DNA of 62,817 nucleotides from an uncultured Legionellales bacterium (lineage in GTDB: Bacteria > Pseudomonadota > Gammaproteobacteria > PIVX01). The stretch is taken from the NCBI GenBank assembly GCA_964352915.1, contig CAYGTQ010000002.1, forward strand, positions 1 through 62,817. Reading direction: 5' to 3'. Position numbers and translations under genes: made by a program. Below are positions 57,950 to 62,817 of this stretch, piece after piece. The notes beneath the pieces were generated by a model. That model had not been told where the DNA came from, did not search any database, and saw nothing but the letters and a program-made list of their open reading frames with translations. Position 1 is the first letter of the stretch; each line of letters opens with the position of its first letter.

Positions 57950-59638
57950 ATGGATAAAGTATGGCTTAATCATTACCCGGAAGAAGTTCCTCGCCAGATA
58001 GATTTAGGTGATTTTAGCTCATTACAAGAGCTGTTTAAGCAATGCTGCAGCAAATATTCTCAAGAATGTGCGTATTGGAATTATGGCACGGAAATTAGCT
58101 ATCAAAAATTAGAAGAACTTAGCTTCAAATTGGCTGCAGTGTTATCTCAGGATTTTAACTTATCTCCAGGTGATAGAGTCGGGGTAATGATGCCTAATAC
58201 ATTAAGTTATCCAATCTTAATGTTTGCAATTTTACGATTAGGCGGTGTTATCGTTAATATCAACCCTTTATATACGCCTCGTGAGCTTAAAAACCAACTT
58301 AATGATTCTGGCGTAACTTGTTTGGTTGTTCTGGAAAATTTCATCAAAACTGTGAATAAAGTTATACAGGAAACAAAAGTATGCCAACTTATTATAAGTC
58401 AACTTGGTGATTTTCACCCATATCCGAAGCGATTCATGTTGAATACTGTGAATCAATGGAAACACAAGCCACATAAAGTGAGGTTTGTAGAGTATTCGTT
58501 TTTGCATCAAATTATTAAGAAAAACGATGATTCATCTACTTATCAAGATGTAAAATCAGATTTATCTGATATTGCTTTTTTGCAGTACACCGGAGGCACT
58601 ACGGGTATTTCAAAAGGAGCCATGCTGAGTCATGGCAATATATTGTCTAATATGTTACAAGTTTTTCATTGGTTTTCTCCTCAACCAATTAAACGTGGAG
58701 AAGCGATAGCAACAGCACTGCCGCTTTATCATATATTTGCGTTAACAGCGAATTTCTGTTTGCCAATATATACTGGTCAAAAAAATATCTTAATTACAAA
58801 TCCTAGAGATACCAAAGCAATGATTAAGGCGTTTCGCAAACAACCTTTTTCAATCATCACAGGTGTCGATACTTTGTACGATAACATGCTTAACAATAAA
58901 GATTTTACTAAGATAAATTTTGATAATTTGCGATATACGATAGCTGGAGGCATGTCAATTCGTGACTCTGTTGCTAAAAAATGGCAAGCATTAACAGGGT
59001 GTGTTGTGCTTCAAGCTTATGGACTGACAGAAGCAAGTCCGGCAGTTTCTTTCAATATTGTTACTGAAAAAGAATTTCAAAATAACGTTGGAATGCCATT
59101 GCCTGGAACTGAAATATCTTTTCGTGGTTCTCAAGAAGAGGCATTAAAGCCTGGCGAGGAAGGAGAACTATGGGTTCGAGGGCCTCAAGTTATGCAAGGT
59201 TATTGGGGCAATGAAGATGAGTCGCAAAGTATTAAGACGAATGATGGTTGGTTAAAAACCGGTGATATTGCGAAATTAGATAAAAAAGGTGCAATTTCAA
59301 TTGTTGACCGCAAAAAAGACATGATTCTTATTTCTGGTTTTAATGTTTTTCCACGAGAGATTGAAGAAGTTATACTATCTTACCCAGAGGTTTACGATAC
59401 AGGCGTAATCGGTCTTCAAAATGAAAATGGCCAAGAGGAAATAATTGCATGCGTCACTTGCCATGAGAAAGCAGTTTCTGAAGAGGATATTATCAATCAT
59501 TGTAAACAACACCTTGTAAGATATAAAATCCCTCGTCGAGTCATATTTTTAGATGACTTTCCTAAGTCAACTGTAGGAAAAATACTAAAAAAAGAGCTGC
59601 GCGAACAGATTAAAAAAATGCTTTATGTCGAATCGTGA
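57950..59638 (+). CDS. fadD: Long-chain-fatty-acid--CoA ligase
   Basis: 562 aa. AMP-binding motif LQYTGGTTGISKGAMLSHGN, GYGLTE-like YGLTEASP, TGDIAKLD, and a FadD-type signature region. Confidence 0.9.
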   Translation: MDKVWLNHYPEEVPRQIDLGDFSSLQELFKQCCSKYSQECAYWNYGTEISYQKLEELSFKLAAVLSQDFNLSPGDRVGVMMPNTLSYPILMFAILRLGGVIVNINPLYTPRELKNQLNDSGVTCLVVLENFIKTVNKVIQETKVCQLIISQLGDFHPYPKRFMLNTVNQWKHKPHKVRFVEYSFLHQIIKKNDDSSTYQDVKSDLSDIAFLQYTGGTTGISKGAMLSHGNILSNMLQVFHWFSPQPIKRGEAIATALPLYHIFALTANFCLPIYTGQKNILITNPRDTKAMIKAFRKQPFSIITGVDTLYDNMLNNKDFTKINFDNLRYTIAGGMSIRDSVAKKWQALTGCVVLQAYGLTEASPAVSFNIVTEKEFQNNVGMPLPGTEISFRGSQEEALKPGEEGELWVRGPQVMQGYWGNEDESQSIKTNDGWLKTGDIAKLDKKGAISIVDRKKDMILISGFNVFPREIEEVILSYPEVYDTGVIGLQNENGQEEIIACVTCHEKAVSEEDIINHCKQHLVRYKIPRRVIFLDDFPKSTVGKILKKELREQIKKMLYVES

Positions 59639-60278
59639 CATTTTTATAGATAAAGATATTACTCCTTATATAGCAAGCTTATCATTTAGTGAAAGCAAGG
59701 AACTTTATCGATTGAGAAAATTGATGGCACGCTTAAAATGTCATGAAATGCAAATTAGTCCTATGCAGGTCCAGGCATTGACTTTATTAACCAGATTGCA
59801 TAAACCTAAACATATATTAGAGCTTGGAACATACACAGGTTATAGTGCATTAGCCTTTGCACAGGCTGTTGGTGGACCATGCATTATTCATACTTGCGAC
59901 CGAGATGATAAATATATACATATTGCAAAGCACTTTTGGAAAAAATCTGGGGCAGATAAGTATATTAAGTTTACATGCGCTGATGCAAGCGAATTAATCG
60001 ATAGATTTATTCTTAAAAAAACACAATTCGATTTAATTTTCATTGATGCAGACAAAGGTAACTATGGATCATATTATGAAAAATGTTTGATGTTAACTAA
60101 ACCAGGAAGCTTAATAATTTTTGATAATACTCTATGGAATGGAGAAGTTGTAAAACTTTATCCAAGTAATAGAGCATTAGCCATGGGCATGCTAAATAAA
60201 AAAATTTCATATGATACAAGGGTTTTAAATTTCTTAATGCCTTATGGTGATGGTATGACTGTATGTATTAAGGTTTAG
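59625..60278 (+). CDS. Class I SAM-dependent O-methyltransferase (caffeoyl-CoA OMT/YrrM-like, family 3)
   Basis: 217 aa. ILELGTYTGYSALAFA (motif I), FIDADKGNY and DNTLWNG. Overlaps fadD by 14 nt. Confidence 0.85.
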   Translation: MSNRDIFIDKDITPYIASLSFSESKELYRLRKLMARLKCHEMQISPMQVQALTLLTRLHKPKHILELGTYTGYSALAFAQAVGGPCIIHTCDRDDKYIHIAKHFWKKSGADKYIKFTCADASELIDRFILKKTQFDLIFIDADKGNYGSYYEKCLMLTKPGSLIIFDNTLWNGEVVKLYPSNRALAMGMLNKKISYDTRVLNFLMPYGDGMTVCIKV

Positions 60279-60286
60279 ACGTGTTC

Positions 60287-61681
60287 TTATATAGATAATC
60301 TTCGTTTGATACTTTTTGCAAGGGGGCAAGCCTCACCTGTATATTTCTCTGGAGTCAGGTTCCTAAGGGTTTTTTTTACTATTTTTGGTAGATCTAAGGA
60401 ATCTACAAAAGAAAGGATATTAATTTTTTCTAGTTGAGAACCTCTTGTTAGATCCTTTAGTTTTTCATAAGGAGAATCAATATGATGCACTCTCATAATA
60501 GTTTGAATAGCTTCAGATATGATTTCCCAATGTTCATTTAGATCTTTGAGCATTTTTTTTTCATTTGGTGCGACATTATTGAGACCTTTAAGTAAAGATT
60601 TATGTCCTATGAAGACATGGCTTAATAGGACACCTATATTTCGCATAATAGTTGAGTCTGTTAGGTCGCGCTGCAGTCTGGATATAGGTAGTTGTTGACT
60701 CATAAAATTGAGGGTTTGATTGGCCAACTTTAAATTCCCTTCAGAGTTTTCAAAATCAATAGGATTAACTTTATGTGGCATTGTTGATGAGCCAACGTGA
60801 TTCTTTTGTGGTTTTAAGCACAAATAGTCTTGTGATATGTATAGCCAGGCATCTTGGCACAAATCAATCATCACAGAGTTTGTTAAAGAAAGTTCATTAA
60901 ATAATCTTACCAAGTTATCTTTGGATTCCACTTGAGTAGTGTAAGGGCTGTATTCTAGTTCTAAGGAGTTAATAAAATTTTCAGCAACTAGCGGCCAGTT
61001 TATTTTTGGAAATGCTACGCAAAGCGCATTATGGTTGCCAACTGCACCATTGATTTTAGCTGTAAGCGAGATATTTTGTATGTTTTTTACCTGTGCATGT
61101 ATTCTCCAAGAAAAATTTGCCATTTCTTTCCCAAAAGTAGTTGGCGATGCTGGTTGCCCGTGAGTTCGGCTCAGCATAGGCAAATCGGCATAAGTTTCAC
61201 TTAAATATAACAAATGATCTCTAATAAGAAGTATTTGAGGAATAATGTGCTTAAAAAGTGATTCTTTAACAGATAAAGTATAGGCAATATTAGTAATATC
61301 TTCTGAAGTGCATCCTAAATGTATAATTTCAACGTATTTGACTAATTGGCTACGATTTGAAAATTTATCCTTCAAAAAGTATTCAATAGCTTTAGTATCA
61401 TGATTAATTCGGCTTTCTATTTTTTTTATTATATGCGCATCTTCGAGATTAAAATTTTCATATAAGTCTCTAAGATAGATTAAATCATCTTGACTGAGTT
61501 TGAATTCAGGTATAATACATACTTCGTTAATTAAATTGATAAACCATAAAATCTCAATTTTCAGTTTTTTTTTCATAATAGCTGCTTCAGAAAATAGACT
61601 GGATAGCATCTTAACTTTATCGTGGTAGCGGCCATCTATTGGGGAAATAGAAAGTAAAGGTTGTATTAAATTTAAATTCAT
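60287..61681 (-). CDS. purB: Adenylosuccinate lyase
   Basis: LLSISPIDGRY ... GCTSEDI ... SRTHGQPASPTTFGKE ... GSSTMPHKVNPIDFEN. The ATG at 61681 is preferred over the track start at 61729. Confidence 0.95.
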   Translation of the reverse strand: MNLNLIQPLLSISPIDGRYHDKVKMLSSLFSEAAIMKKKLKIEILWFINLINEVCIIPEFKLSQDDLIYLRDLYENFNLEDAHIIKKIESRINHDTKAIEYFLKDKFSNRSQLVKYVEIIHLGCTSEDITNIAYTLSVKESLFKHIIPQILLIRDHLLYLSETYADLPMLSRTHGQPASPTTFGKEMANFSWRIHAQVKNIQNISLTAKINGAVGNHNALCVAFPKINWPLVAENFINSLELEYSPYTTQVESKDNLVRLFNELSLTNSVMIDLCQDAWLYISQDYLCLKPQKNHVGSSTMPHKVNPIDFENSEGNLKLANQTLNFMSQQLPISRLQRDLTDSTIMRNIGVLLSHVFIGHKSLLKGLNNVAPNEKKMLKDLNEHWEIISEAIQTIMRVHHIDSPYEKLKDLTRGSQLEKINILSFVDSLDLPKIVKKTLRNLTPEKYTGEACPLAKSIKRRLSI

Positions 61682-62492
61682 AGATATTAATTCTTTTTTT
61701 ATAAATTTTACATTATATCCTAGGTGCAAAAGCTATAGACTTTTGTAAAGCTTGTCAACAACTATGCCAGAGTACAACTTAAGGTCATTGATTGACGCTT
61801 TTAAAACAGCATCTGGAGTTATTATTTAATCAGTATTTTTCCAATAGTTCCGGCTCATTATACATTATATTTTTTGATAATGCCCTTGGTTAGTGATTTA
61901 TTTGTATTTTTTTGCTATTGTTTTACCATGGCTGTTTGGCATCTTTGATATACTTGTTGAGAGTGTTGTTTGTATTTTATTTCAGAGTTTTCTGGTGTGT
62001 AATATTAAATATTATATTTAGTCAGGTGTTTAAAATGGTTGTTATGAGAGTGCTATCGTTGTTATCACCGGTGGAGCGTACAATTAGCATGTTAGCAAGA
62101 ATCCTGTTGGGTATTACGTCTTTTTTTTCTGGCTATTATATTAGACAATAACAGGAATAAAATTTTTCTTACAACCTAGGTATGGTGGGAAGCTCTGAAG
62201 CATCCTCGTTTTTTTATTTTAAAATAAATGAATACATATTTTACTAATTGTTCGCCAAATAGTCAAAAATGTTCATGTATGAATTTATGAATAATTTCTA
62301 TAATTTATAAGTTTTTATTAGTCTATTTTTATCAGTGTTCATTCTACAAAAACCGCCAAAGCTTTGACACGATACGGTCATAACTGCTTGTAACTTATTG
62401 TTTTTAATACAATAATTTAATTGGCTTGGTATTTGCTGTGGGTATCTCAAATAGAACGATGATTTGAGCTTGATTGGATGGAGGTAAGTAGG

Positions 62493-62817
62493 ATGCGGGA
62501 TTTCACAATACATGTATTAGAGCTGGATGCTAACACAAGCTCTAATGTTATAGTCGCTTTAGAGGAGGGTGAATTTCAGTATTATAAGTACACAGCAGTA
62601 CAAGAATTAAAATTAGCTATGAAAGCTAGCCTTCCGGATCTATTGATTATTACAGCAAAAAATATTGATGAAAATCTAGCCAGCATTAAGCAATTCCAAA
62701 GCGAATTTAAAGAAACAAATATTTTGTTAATGACCATGGAGCTTGACAGTAGCTTAGAAAGAACATTGAAAAGCGATAGTATAAATTACATATTTTCGTC
62801 TCTAGAAAATACAAATA
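62493..62817 (+). CDS. Partial ORF (5' part; runs off the window) with a CheY-like receiver resemblance
   Basis: Open frame of 108 codons from the ATG at 62493, preceded by GGAGGTAAG. It is not in the supplied track because no stop is reached. Pattern: HVLELD...AVQELKLAMKASLPDLLIIT...ILLMT. Confidence 0.45.
   Translation, partial: MRDFTIHVLELDANTSSNVIVALEEGEFQYYKYTAVQELKLAMKASLPDLLIITAKNIDENLASIKQFQSEFKETNILLMTMELDSSLERTLKSDSINYIFSSLENTN

Noticed and set aside
61912-62513. Track ORFs 61912-62151 (+, TTG start, hydrophobic) and 62298-62513 (-).
   Set aside because: They lie in very AT-rich low-complexity sequence with no SD and Phe/Ile/Leu/Tyr-biased composition typical of random AT-rich ORFs. 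The minus-strand ORF also overlaps the SD and start of the better-supported receiver-like ORF.

Overview
AT-rich window (about 40% G+C by eye, not computed) of gammaproteobacterial chromosome. It is mostly core housekeeping genes, all called by eye from the ORF translations. The gene content looks Legionellales-like; that placement is inference, from the mevalonate operon, the absence of an SOS box at recA, and the general gene set.

Gene order:
- hsp20, cytochrome b561, yqhA, yciO, scpA-scpB-rluB
- a GGDEF cyclase, then mutS translationally coupled to a YciK-like SDR
- two orphan secreted proteins
- recA-recX-alaS-lysC-csrA, then tRNA-Arg and tRNA-Ser on the opposite strand
- accA-tilS-pyrG-kdsA-eno-ftsB, then an SPFH protein
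- a five-gene mevalonate operon (idi2-hmgR-pmk-mvaD-mvk)
- a small accessory islet: an Rmf/CrpP-like protein, an orphan ORF, a decayed IS5-family element, about 0.8 kb with no ORF, and a PilZ protein
- lolC-lolD-uppS-cdsA-bamA-skp-lpxD-fabZ-lpxA-lpxB-rnhB-dnaE
- fimV-truA-accD-folC, a front-end-type desaturase, cvpA-miaE, lpxH, fadD plus an O-methyltransferase, purB
- a truncated receiver-like ORF at the right edge

I found no CRISPR array, prophage or recognisable defence or toxin system.

Main second-look items:
1. Two conserved MEP-pathway synteny slots (ispD after ftsB; dxr-rseP between cdsA and bamA) are empty, and a mevalonate operon sits at one of them.
2. The YciK-like SDR has lost its catalytic Ser/Tyr/Lys.
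3. Orphan secreted proteins fill the mutS-recA gap.
4. The IS-associated islet carries decayed coding sequence.
5. A cytochrome-b5-less QxxHH desaturase is inserted between folC and cvpA.

All homology calls rest on motifs and remembered family sequences. No searches were run.
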